DNA from: Octopus sinensis
Taxonomy: Eukaryota
DNA: 64,000 nucleotides
Reading direction: 5' to 3'
NCBI RefSeq assembly: GCF_006345805.1
Contig: NC_043002.1
Coordinates: 102,672,001-102,736,000, forward strand
A program made the position numbers and the translations under genes. Positions 50,237 through 61,789 of this stretch are shown here, piece by piece (position 1 is the first letter of the stretch; the number at the start of each line of letters is the position of its first letter). The notes beneath the pieces were generated by a model, which was given only the letters and a program-made list of their open reading frames with translations, was not told the DNA's origin and made no database searches.

Positions 50237-53179
50237 TTTATGGTCTATTCAAGTAGTGAGTTTCTGTTTGGTTAGTTGTATCCAATTATGGGTGGCTTAT
50301 CTGGTATTCTTTGAAGGGACCTATCCAGACTCCGTTTAAAGTTGATGGGATCCTATTCCTCTTTGATCACTTTCGGGACAATGTTAAATAGGGCAGGGCC
50401 TGTTGAGGAAAAGAAATTTATATTGCAGTGTACCTGTATGCTGTGATCTTGAATTGGGCAGGGGACGTATGGCCCGTGGTCCCAGTCCTGGATGAACATT
50501 GAAGCTATTGTTCAGGTCGTTTGGGCAAAGTTGGCGGTACTTTCTCCACATCGTACAAATGATGTACCGCTCACGGCGACGCTGGAGAGAGTAGAGTTTC
50601 AAGTCTTTAAGGTGATCCCAATAATCGAGAGCAGCCATGTCCTGAATTTGTTTACTGAGTGCCCTCTGGGGTGATTCAATCCTCGAGATGTTTTGTCTTG
50701 TATGGGGAGACCACGGTGGGCGGCAGTATTCGAGGTATGGCCGTACAAAGGAGGAGAAAAGTGGTATGATGACACGTTGTTCTCTGAACTGGAAAGTTCT
50801 TAAGATCCAGGAACTCATCCTGCGAGCTATATCGCCCTTCTTGATGTGTGCACTCCAACTGAGATCTTCATCAAAAATTACACCCAGGTCTCTGATATTG
50901 TTTGAGGCTGTGAGCGGTTCCCCTGAAGGAAGAGAGTATGGCTGTGAGGAATTTCTTACAAAATGCATCAGCTCAAATTTTCCCTCGTTCAGTTGAATTT
51001 TTTTCTGTCTACCCATTGACTCACAGCATATAGATCAAACTGGAGTTGAGTTCGGTTTGCTTCTTCATTGACGAGTTGCTGGAGCTTAGTGTCATCAGCA
51101 AATATTTTCACTTTGCAGTAATGTACGACACTAAAGGTCGTTTATGTAAATTATGAAGAGTAGCGGGACCCAAGACAGTCCCCTTGGGGGACACCGCTGG
51201 TGACTTTTGCTGGGCTTGAGTGGACTCTATCAACTACAACATGTTGTGTTCTATTCGCCAAGAAATACTTAATCCAGTGTAGAACTTTTCCACGGATTCC
51301 AACATTTGCCAATTTTGAGAGTAGGATAATATGGTCTACCTTGTCGAACGCTTTACTGAAGTCAAGATATATGACATCAGAGTTCGAATGTGTTCCCAAA
51401 GCTTTGAGTACATCTTCAATGTGGTGTAAGAGCTGTGTTAGACAGTCCCTGCCACAGCGAAAGCCATGCTGATTTGAATTTAGGAGTTTGTGGGTATCCA
51501 GGAAGTCAGCTATCCTTGATCTTAACACTCTTTCAAACACTTTAATAATGTGGGTGGTGAGTGAGATTGGGCAATAGTTGACTGCAAGGGATATGTTTCC
51601 CTGTTTGAAAACCGGGATGACTGACTGGGATAGAAACTGTTTCAGTATATAACCTGCGTCTAAAGAATTTCTCCAGAGGTTGGTCAGAGGGACTGCAAGT
51701 TGGTGTCTACATTCCTTCAGGAGACCAGCGGGGAATCTATCAGGGCCTACAGCAGAGTAGTATTTGAACTTATTTATTGCTGCTACGATGTCAGTGGCAG
51801 TGAAGTATATGTCTGAGATGTTATGTTGGGAGTCACCATCGTTCGCTTCTCTTACGTCAATATCAGTGGGAACACTAAAGACAGAGCAGTATTGTTTCTG
51901 CAGTATTTCTGCCATTTCTTTAGTATCGTGTTGGGGAATGCCGTTATCATCAATCAGTGGCCCAATGGGTGAGACAGTGGTTCTATGCTTATTTGCATAA
52001 GGATAGAACTCTTTTGGGTTCTGTTTGATGTTTTTGATTACCCACTGTTCCTCCACAGCTCTTTGATTTTCAATGGAGGTTTTCATGTCGGTCTGCAGAT
52101 GAAGTTTTTCCAGCTCTAGCCTTTTCATTGTTGATGAATGTGGATGTTGTGTGTGGGAATATTTGAATTGGTTGATTTTTTTGTTGAGTGTTTTTTTTCT
52201 TTTTAGGGAGCCGGCTTCTGTTTGTGTTAGTAGATTTCGTGGGAGCGTGTTTAGAGCATGTATAGGTGACAATGTTTTCAAAGTGCTGCCATGCGGTCTC
52301 AATATGGGTAGAATTGAGAGTAAAAGACCAGTCGATGAAAGACAGATCCTTTCTGATTGCTCCCCAGTCCGCTTTGTGGAAGTTTATGTTGTCAAATTAG
52401 TGCCGTGGATTAGGATTGGCTAGTTTGGTTTTTATATGTCGGGAATTAATATTTGCAGAGTACCATGTCGTGGTCTGAGAGGAGAGTTTTTTGAACTGAA
52501 ATACTGTGAACGAAGCTAGAGTGATTGGTCAATACCAGATCCAAGATCGTTTTATTCTGTCTGGTTGGTTCGAGCACTAGCTGAGTCAGGAAGTATTCAT
52601 CCATTAGATTAAAGAGCAGTTCTGCTGCTGCTCTATCTGATGTAGATCATTTGCCTAACTTCAGAGTATTTGTGGGCCAGTTTACATGAGGGAGGTTAAA
52701 TTCACCCATCACTAGTATGTTTCCGGAGTGGTACTTCCGAAGGGAGGACTTGACTTTGCTAGGGCACTGTTCAAAGCACTTTAGAGGTGCTTGGGGAGGC
52801 CTGTAAAGACCAACAATGATTATGTCCTTGGCCTTGCTGAATAGTGATACCGATTCACAGTAGCCATTGGAAAATATCTCCATGGCATCAAGTGAAAAGC
52901 AGTCATGGATAAAGATGGCTGTCCCTCTCTTATTTCGGTGAAAACTTTTATTTTCACCTCGGCGTCCATATAGATGTTCTTCAGATGAGTCTCGGTAAGG
53001 ATAAAGAAACGGAAGTAATATGCCGTTTCGGCAAGCCAACTCTCTGTATATGGGATCCTCCATTTTTGGGCAATAATTGATGGGTTGATGCCACGTACAT
53101 TTAACAGGAATGTCGAGGTAAGGGAAGTTTGATGTTTGCATTGTTCGAAGTTATGTTTTATGTTGTTCAGTGGTAACAC
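50237..53179 (-). pseudogene. CR1 ORF2 (APE endonuclease + reverse transcriptase), frameshifted
   Basis: Assembled from track ORFs 52820-53179, 52647-53141, 51151-52302 and 50384-51016. Confidence 0.92.
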
Positions 53180-53215
53180 TGTGGGTAGTTCTTGTATGGA
53201 GCTGTGTGTATGATT

Positions 53216-54163
53216 TTATTGTTGGTAGTGGGTGTGTGGTCCTTGTGATTTGCATAGGTGGTTGCTGATAGCTCGTTGGATCTCCTGGCTTAGGTCGGCC
53301 TTCATATTTTCTAGGTAAGTCAATAAAAAAGAGTTACCTCTTTGGTTTGCCACTTGGTCAGAGGATACATATTTCATGTTGGTGTTATTTTTTGTTATGG
53401 TTTTTTCATGGTTCTGTCTACGTTGTTTGATTATAGGAGGGGAAACGTGGTTGTATTTTGTTCTTGTTGTTGTCGTAGATTTCCTCTGTTGCTGTTTATA
53501 TTTATTTTGCGATCGTTTTGTGCCCTTCAGATGGTGGTGGTTGCATTCTGGGTTCAGGCACATCCTTAGTGACACAGAAGTTTGGCACAGTTTAGGATGG
53601 AAGAAGGTGCATCCATTGCCTGTTGTGCATCCATATTTGGGATCAGGACCATGGACTCTGTATTTAGGACAGTATTTGGGGTGGAGGTGACGGCAGTTTT
53701 TTCCCCTTATATCATATGGACAGGTTCCCTTAACAAGTCTACAACATAAGGTAGGATGAAAAAAAGCACAGCGTCCATTGCCGCTGGGGCCAAATCTACA
53801 GTTGCCTTGAGAATAGTAACGGCAGGGTGTTTTATGTGGGTGTAGTTGTGGTTTTTCTATTCTGGCTGTAGTAGCCGTAGCAGAGTGTTGTTGTTACTGT
53901 AGCAGCAGTGAAACTTGACTTGCAACAGTAGGGTTGTGTGGAATCGGGTCAGATACTGGTTCCAATGTAGTAGTAGAAGCAGGCTGTTGATGTTTTTGTG
54001 ATAGTGAGTTCTGGCTTGCCAGGGTAGTGTTGGGTGGAAAGGGCGGAATTAGGTCAGATGTTTGTTGCTGGCTATCGGGTCGTTGAAATGACCCCTGACC
54101 TGTTGGAGTTGGGTCATTTGGTGCACTACATTCATTGACAGGGATGGTTTCTAGTGTTGCCAT
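53216..54163 (-). pseudogene. CR1 ORF1 (315 aa) with four tandem CCCH zinc fingers and one premature stop
   Basis: Track ORFs 53894-54163 and 53216-53575 are in one frame, separated only by a TAA at 53894-96 inside a Q run. The intervening translation holds the zinc fingers. Confidence 0.88.
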
Positions 54164-54801
54164 GTGCGTGTGGAAAATAGGAAATATTCTTATAATCTCA
54201 TTTTTTAAAATTTTCGATCTGTTTTACAGATCTTTGAAAGGATTGTTTTGCTAAATTTTCAGCTATTTTACTGTAAACATTAGCTTCGTTGTGGTGGGTG
54301 TACCAAGCGTTTACCAGTGCAGTAATTTAATTTTCAACCCAGTAGCGTTTTTGAATATTATTGGCCATATTCAGTGGGACAGTATTATACACTGTACGTC
54401 AGTTATTGATGGCTTGATGTGAAATAGTGAATACACCGTTGAAAAGTTTGTGTCGATATATTCGGAAATGCATGGCTTGTGTGCGGGAGAGTTCAGTGTA
54501 TTTATTACAAATCACGATGAGCGGTGTGTCTAATACAGATCAACACAAAATAATTTTACTCACGGTACTAGTTTTAGAACTAGTCTTGGGTTTAGTTTTG
54601 GTTTATGTTTCTTTCTCCAGGTTGTATATAGATTTGTATAAATTTATCCTCCGATGGTAGTAAAAGAGTAGAATAGTAGAATTGTAGAATTCAAAATTTC
54701 TGGGGCTAAAAACAAGGAGAGTTTCTGCTGGCTTGAGTTGAAATATGCTTCTTTGGCTACTGACCGGAGCTATGAAAAGTACGTCTGGTCACGACGAATG
54801 C

Positions 54802-54804
<3 letters not shown>

Positions 54805-54851
<47 letters not shown>

Positions 54852-54873
54852 ATATATATACATATATATATAC

Positions 54874-54931
<58 letters not shown>

Positions 54932-54961
54932 CATATATATATACATTATATATATATATAG

Positions 54962-55044
<83 letters not shown>

Positions 55045-55145
55045 TATACATATATACATAATATATATATATACATATATATATACATATATATACATAT
55101 ATATACATATATACATTATATATACATATATACATATATATATAC

Positions 55146-55180
<35 letters not shown>

Positions 55181-55194
55181 ACATATATATATAC

Positions 55195-55262
<68 letters not shown>
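54805..55262. repeat. (TA)n-rich microsatellite block
   Basis: Direct inspection. Confidence 0.95.
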
Positions 55263-55268
<6 letters not shown>

Positions 55269-55512
55269 CCCATACACTCAAACTTACAGAAATTACATAC
55301 TCCGCAGAAATTTGCAGGTAACGTAATCCAAAGTAACAGTAAGAAATCCATCAATTTTGTTCTGCAAATTAGTCGGAAGGGCATAGACGGTGTCGTATGG
55401 ATATGTAATGCACATATATGTATATATATTCATATTTATGTATACTCACGGACACACACACACATAAACACGCTTATATTTACGTATTTATAAACATCAA
55501 TCTGTCTGTCTG

Positions 55513-55602
<90 letters not shown>

Positions 55603-56294
55603 TAGATATAGGAATAAATGTATGCATCTGCATGTGTGTTTGTGTGTGTATGTGTGTTTTTATGTATCTGTGAGTGTAATTCAAATTAGACTGCTATTTT
55701 TGTAGGTTGAGGTTAATATCTATTACGTTCTTATTTGGTGGCAACTATGTTTATTTCGTTTCGCATAAACATGAGTCTCTCTCTCCGGCCGACTTCCCTC
55801 CCTCCTCTTTCTTTCTCCTTGTCCCCCTTCCTCTCTCTCTTGGTCTTCCTCACACTTTCACTCCCTTCTGCCATGGACTTTCTGTGTAGATATACGTCTA
55901 CACAAGTATCTGTATATATGTTTGTCTCTTCCATTTAATAACACATTACGAAATCTGTTATAATTTGTTTTCTTTTTCATTATTTTTGGAGTGAATTCAA
56001 AGTATTTTATGAGTGTATATATATATATATAGTGTGTATGCATATTCATATATTGTATGTATATATATAACATATCTATATGTATGTATATATATATGTG
56101 GGTATATATATTTGTATATATATATATATATATATTTATCCATAGATATATGTGAATGTGTACTTATGTATGTATATAAGTGTACCTATATATCTATCCA
56201 TCTGTATATATTTATATATATATATATGCATATACATATATATTCATCTATGTACATATATGTGTATACGTGTGTATTTGTATATGTTTATACA

Positions 56295-56332
<38 letters not shown>

Positions 56333-57097
56333 CATGCATATATATAGATATACACACATACATATGTACCTATGTAAATGTCAGAATGTTATTGATTAGG
56401 AAAATATGTGGTAAACACGAGTTCCTTTATTGTTGGCGTTGAATGTTATTTGAGTGGTATTTGACAAGGTTATTGATGTCTTTGCACACATTACGGAAAT
56501 CTTTAATGTATCGTTCATGACATTTAATCTTGTCGCCCCGTGTTGGACATCGTTAGTTCACTTAAACTTACACAATACCCTCTTATGGCATACAACTGCC
56601 AACAAAAGAAAATACTTTAAAATTTTTGCTAATAACATACATACACGTATATTCGTTACCAAGGATTGTTTTCCTGTTTTCCATTGTTCTACATTCAATA
56701 GAATAAAATATTTGTAGATAATAACTACGAGGTCAGACAATTCGAGACAAGGATTTTGAAGATCTATCGTCAACAAATGTGTTTGGGGTTTGGGGTAATC
56801 AAGGGTTATGAAGATTATAACTCGATTAAGATACCATACAGTAAAATATATGAGTAGAGATTGACAAGTTCAACGAGGAATATACTAAAATAATCATTAT
56901 AGATTTTTGCTGCCTACTCGCGGCCAGACTTGCCAAAAATAATTTTCTGTAAACTATAGAAATAAAAGAAGAAAAGAAGAATTAATTTAAAATGTGAAAT
57001 ACGAAGAACAGAAGTAACTAATGTCTGTCTGTTGCTGTAGTAGTATTTGTGAGGGAATTCGGTCGACGAAAAATGTGAGGAAGCCAATCTTATATAA

Positions 57098-57144
<47 letters not shown>

Positions 57145-57148
<4 letters not shown>

Positions 57149-57324
57149 ATGTGACAATTAGTTGGTTATCATAAAAAAAAAATCAGAGTTTCGGATGCCG
57201 GGGGTGAAGTCTGATCCGGCATCTTATCAGTCTTAATAAATGATGAGATGCCGGAGCAGGTTTCAGTCCCGGTATCTGAAACTCTGAGTTTTTTTTATGA
57301 TAACCAACTAATTGTTACATATCA
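57145..57324. mobile_element. Fully palindromic 180-bp fold-back element (MITE-like, TA-flanked)
   Basis: The arms pair almost throughout, with an 11-nt loop at 57230-57240. TA on both sides. Confidence 0.75.
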
Positions 57325-57438
57325 TATGTATAGAAGAATTCCTCTATTTTACATAATATTGAGGTCTCATTCATTCTTTAGTTGTCATATTATCATCATC
57401 ATCAACGTCATCATCATCATCATCATCTTTATTATTAA

Positions 57439-57480
<42 letters not shown>

Positions 57481-57899
57481 CATTTATGTTTGTGTGTATG
57501 TGTGTATGTGTGTGTGTGTGTGTGTGCGTGTGTGTGTGTGTGTGTTTGTGCGCGCAAGTATGTTTGCATGTATACTTGCGTTTGTCTGCAAGCGGTGAAA
57601 TCTTGTTCATGTCCCCGCTATGTAGCTATTCGTTAAATTGAATAAGTACCAGACGTATTGGGTTAGATTATTCGAGTGGACTCCTACAGGTGGTGCTTTA
57701 GCATGGCCGAAGTTCAAGGACTATAAATATAAAAGAATTTTATTACAGTGATATCTTTCAGACGATTGGCAGTCTCACTCGACAAATCTATAAAATATTT
57801 CTCCATCATATGAGCTGTAAAATTTTCCTCGCCTCTTCTAAGACAATTAATATGTTCGTCACTTTCCCCCATTATGAATGTATATATAAACACCTTCCT

Positions 57900-58130
57900 C
57901 TAGCTAAGAAGAGGTACGATAAACTAATCGGAGAATGCTGAGAACAGGGATGGAATGTCGAGTATTACCACCTGGCAGTGGGGGCTAGAAGCCTCATTGA
58001 AAGAAAAATTACAATGCTATTCAAAAGAAGATTTGTTTTTTCTGGCTCAGAGCTGAGAAAACAAATGAGAGTGCAGGAGGCGGTCGAAAAAGCCAGCTTC
58101 TATATATGACTGAAGAGGGAAGACCAAAAA
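57900..58130 (+). mobile_element. HERO-like RLE non-LTR retrotransposon, C-terminal fragment
   Basis: Single frame KKRYDKLIGEC*EQGWNVEYYHLAVGARSL...QEAVEKASFYI*LKRED, resembling the recalled K..KY..L..C...GW...EVGCRG...AEKASRWLWLKR end of HERO elements. Confidence 0.55.
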
Positions 58131-58265
58131 TCGCTTGAAAGTTATAACATGCCGGGGGGGGGGGAAATAACATCGCTAGGTGAGACAAGCTGACACTGCA
58201 TTAGCTTCGCTGATTGACAGGTGACGGTCGTTTAGAGATTGCGTGGGCTAAAACTACTCGCCTTC

Positions 58266-58371
58266 ATTGGTCAGTTAAAGTTGAGACAGTGTCACGTGAC
58301 AACTTACTGGGGCTGCCTGCTGGAGCCTACAGCAGGTATTTAAAGGGAAAAAATTGACAAGACAGTCAGTT
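58266..58371 (+). promoter_or_regulatory. Pol II promoter-like module (inverted CCAAT, E-box palindrome, TATA, Inr)
   Basis: ATTGG 58266-70, TGTCACGTGACA 58290-58301, TATTTAAA 58337-44 and TCAGTT 58366-71. The Inr A lies 31 nt from the TATA start. Confidence 0.55.
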
Positions 58372-58393
58372 GCCCGCTGACACTCGCTGACGC

Positions 58394-58609
58394 TACACTG
58401 AAGAGGCCAGGGAACAGGAGAAAGAAGAAGAAAGAAGACATGCACCCAACACCAGAGCTGTAGACACCTCCGAAAGTGGGGTCCCGCCACGTCAGAACGG
58501 TAGAGGAGTACGGGCCGAAACTGGACGTGGTTCCTCCTGATGATGTCTTGAGGTAACTGTATCCTATAAAGGAACTGTTGTGGTAGCAGACCACGAAACA
58601 TGGTTGTAA
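58394..58609 (+). ncRNA. Two sets of hammerhead core boxes (degenerate)
   Basis: CTGAAGA-GGCC...GGCC-GAAAC (58398-58521) and CTGATGA...GAAAC (58537-58599). Cleavage triplets and stem I are defective. Confidence 0.35.
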
Positions 58610-59227
58610 TTCCCCCACCCCCACCCGCCCACTGATTCTAAATTTCCAATTCAGGTTTTCTCTTATATCACATTATCATCAACCACTACAACACCATGAG
58701 TCGATGAAGATTTTGATGGTTTCCCCGGCATAATAAATGTTCGTAATCAAAACAGCCCTTCTAGATGGGACGCTCACCCGTCTCAACTTTACGTGATGCG
58801 GCTAAAGGGAATGCAACAATATTAAATAAAGTATTTTTTCTCAAAGACACAACGCACTCTACAGTCCAAAACTCTACACCACAACCCTTCCATCGTGCGT
58901 ACAAACACCCTAGGTTCAACACAAGACACATCATTTAATCGTCATTACTGGAATCGTTGCAACTTTCTACATTTTGTTCATCTGTCCAAATATCCTCGAT
59001 TAGGATTTGGTAAGAAAAATATCTGAACGCTAACCATCAACGACATCTCGGTCTACAAACGTCACAATTCCTACTTATCTCGCATTAAATATTAAATGCA
59101 AGAAACAATGCACTTACTAGTTTACTAGAACATATATTAATATGGTGACATCAGAATCTTAAATGAATTTTCCTGAAGACAACATAGTTGAAAGTATATA
59201 GCATCGTTGGGTTACATCATATATCAT

Positions 59228-59535
59228 GAAGGCGCGTGGCTTAGTGGTTAGGGCATTCAACTCACGTTTATGAGTGCGTGAGTTCAATTCCCGGCGATAC
59301 GTTGTATTCTTCAGTAAGTCATTTATTTCATGTTGCTCTAGTCCACTCAGCTGGCAAAAATGAGTTGTACATGGATTTCAAAGGGCCAGCCTTGTCACAC
59401 GCTAAACCTCCCTGAGAAGTACGTTAGGGGTACATGTGTTTGTGGAGTGCTCAACCACTTGCACATTAATTTCAAAAGGATGCTGCCCCGTTGATCGTAT
59501 CAGCTGGGACCCTCGTCGTCGTAACCGACAGAGCG
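59228..59535 (+). mobile_element. tRNA-derived SINE sharing its 3' module with family B
   Basis: Head GGCGCGTGGCTTAGTGGTTAGG...GAGTTCAATTCC. The tail matches the reverse complement of 21284-21450. Confidence 0.8.
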
Positions 59536-59810
59536 CTCCTTTTTTTATATATGTCAAAGCATCCTAACAGTGAATATTCCAACTACGTTAAGTCGCAATG
59601 TATTTCAGAAAGGATAATCAAATTGATATTGGATATTATCTAATATCCTTATCGAAGGAAGCGCATGTATTTTACTTAAGACGGTAGGGTAAGGTTTAGA
59701 TGTTTGTTGCTAGGGTTATGATGGCGCATTGCCTACAGATTAGGTTGCTGCGGTCACCATCGCAACATCGTAGTTTCAATTGCTGGACCTGGTGGCACAT
59801 TGTGGGTTAA

Positions 59811-60142
59811 ACTAAAGCGTTTGACCCGAGCAAACAAAAAAAAAAAAGAATAGTGTTAATAAGTGTAAAACAACTTGCTCTAAACGAATATGAAAAAAAA
59901 AGAAAAAATGTGCGCTCGCAAATATTTTTACACCAATTACACTATTTTTTCTGTTTCTTTTTTGGCTCGGGTGACTCGGGTCAAACACTATAGTTTAGAG
60001 GCCTTAGTTTAACGATGAGAATTTTACGAGGCCTCTCCCCACACCCGTTCGCGAGCGCGCGTTCTTTTTCCATATAGCAAGTTCTTTTACACCTATTACT
60101 ATATTTTTCTTCTGTTCTTTTGCTCGGGTCAAACGCTTTGGT
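59811..60142. mobile_element. TTAA-flanked MITE with about 100-bp imperfect TIRs
   Basis: ACTAAAGCGTTTGACCCGAGCAAA / TTTGCTCGGGTCAAACGCTTTGGT. TTAA at 59807-10 and 60143-46. Confidence 0.75.
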
Positions 60143-60689
60143 TTAACTACGTTGTGTTCTTGATCAAAACAGTTAGTCTCTTATTGCTCGGTGATCACTT
60201 CGACACCTGTCACGTGGTACAACATGCACCTCTTCAGGCATCGTCGATGTGATGGAGGATGTGAGCTGATGTAAAGCACAGACATTGTTTGAGTATAAAG
60301 AAATCATTTCCAGAGGTTTGTGCGTCGAGAAACTGCAGAAGCGTCCTTGTCGGACGAGGAAAGACCACCACTCACACACTTGCTTGGTTTACCCAGACGG
60401 GAGGCTCTAAGCGGGATATCCGATAGCTCCGTTACTAGGTTATGTATTCGTTTTGCGTAGTTAAACAAGTCAAACAATGTAGATTAATATTTAATTCTTT
60501 AAAAAAGAGCAGCAACTCAAAAACATTAAATACACAAACACACACATACACACGCATACACATACTCATACACATACGTATATACGTGAGTGTGTGTATA
60601 TACACACACACGTATCTCACACATATATCTCATGTGGTCAAGAAACCTAATGACGTAGTAAACCTGCAAAATGACCAGCATACATAAAT

Positions 60690-61450
60690 ATATAAATGGG
60701 CTGATGGGAATCCCTTGCATTTCAATGCCGGTAAATTTCAAGCAGTCCGCTATCGGTCCACAAACAGACTACAACAGGAATACATAGGACCACGGGGCAA
60801 TGTAATCCCGGAGCTAGGATTGGTGCGTCACTTGAGAATCCACGTAAGTAGTAATGCAACATATTTCCAGGAGGGCAACACTGTGCAGGCGGATAGCTGA
60901 ATGAATACTTAGATGCTTCAAAACCAGAAATAAGGATGCCTGCTTGAGTTGTGGGGCCGGCAATCAAGCCGCACTATGCAAAGAAGATTCACTCGGTGAA
61001 AGAGATGAGCTGGTGGAAGAGGTTACAAGAACTGAAGATTTACTCTCTGCAGAGAAGGCGAGAAAGGTATGCAATGATATACATATAGATGATCCTGGAC
61101 GATCTAGCTCCAAACTTTGTAATTAAAAGTTACACCATCTACCAAAAAGGACGGCATTGCATAATACCAAAGACAGCGTTTTCATTATCTGAGACAGGAC
61201 GAAGTATTGCAATAGCTTGGGTTTCAAGAGACCAAATGTGTTTAATATCTTACGAAGGAACCTACGACATATGCAAGCTGTAGATGTGGAAACGTTCAAA
61301 AAAGCCCCTCGACAAATTTCACTCTGAAATCCCGGATGAGACCACATCAAGGCATGAGGCACAAATGCGAACAGTTTCGTCCATCTCGCTTCTTCACTAA
61401 GCACAGTACCCATAGAAGACCCTAAAACAGTGAAACCAATAAAAGCATTA
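60690..61450 (+). mobile_element. Old CR1-clade 3' fragment
   Basis: KWADGNPLHFNAGKFQAVRY...QRRRERY...APNFVIKSY...GRHCIIPK...FKKALDKF..EIPDE, highly degraded. Confidence 0.8.
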
Positions 61451-61789
61451 TAGAATATTTCTCTCGGTGTCTGTCTCTCTCTATATAAACATATATATAT
61501 ATATATACACACACACACATATAAATATGCACACATATATATTCATTGATGTATGTTTATATATATATATATATATATGATATATAAGTTTTATATATAT
61601 ATATGCACGTATACAAATATATATACAAATATATATACAAAATATATGCACGTATACAAATATGGGTACAAGACATCAAAAATCGTAGACACAATGAGAA
61701 ACGAAAACATAAAAAACAAAAACATACAAAACGAACTTTTTTCAAACAACGAAAAAAAAACAAAGAGAGAAAGGAGGCAATATAAAGAA

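Larger units (their letters stand above)
50138..54804 (-). mobile_element. Full-length CR1-clade LINE (5'UTR, ORF1, APE-RT ORF2, tandem-repeat tail), defective
   Basis: APE motifs LLNVRGI, LTETHL, GLYRPP, GEFNLP, LDLVLTN and SDH. RT motifs QHGFR, YLDFSKAFDKV, GVPQG and FADD (51091-51102), plus C-terminal YSLQRRRERY. Inserted in (TA)n. Confidence 0.93.
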
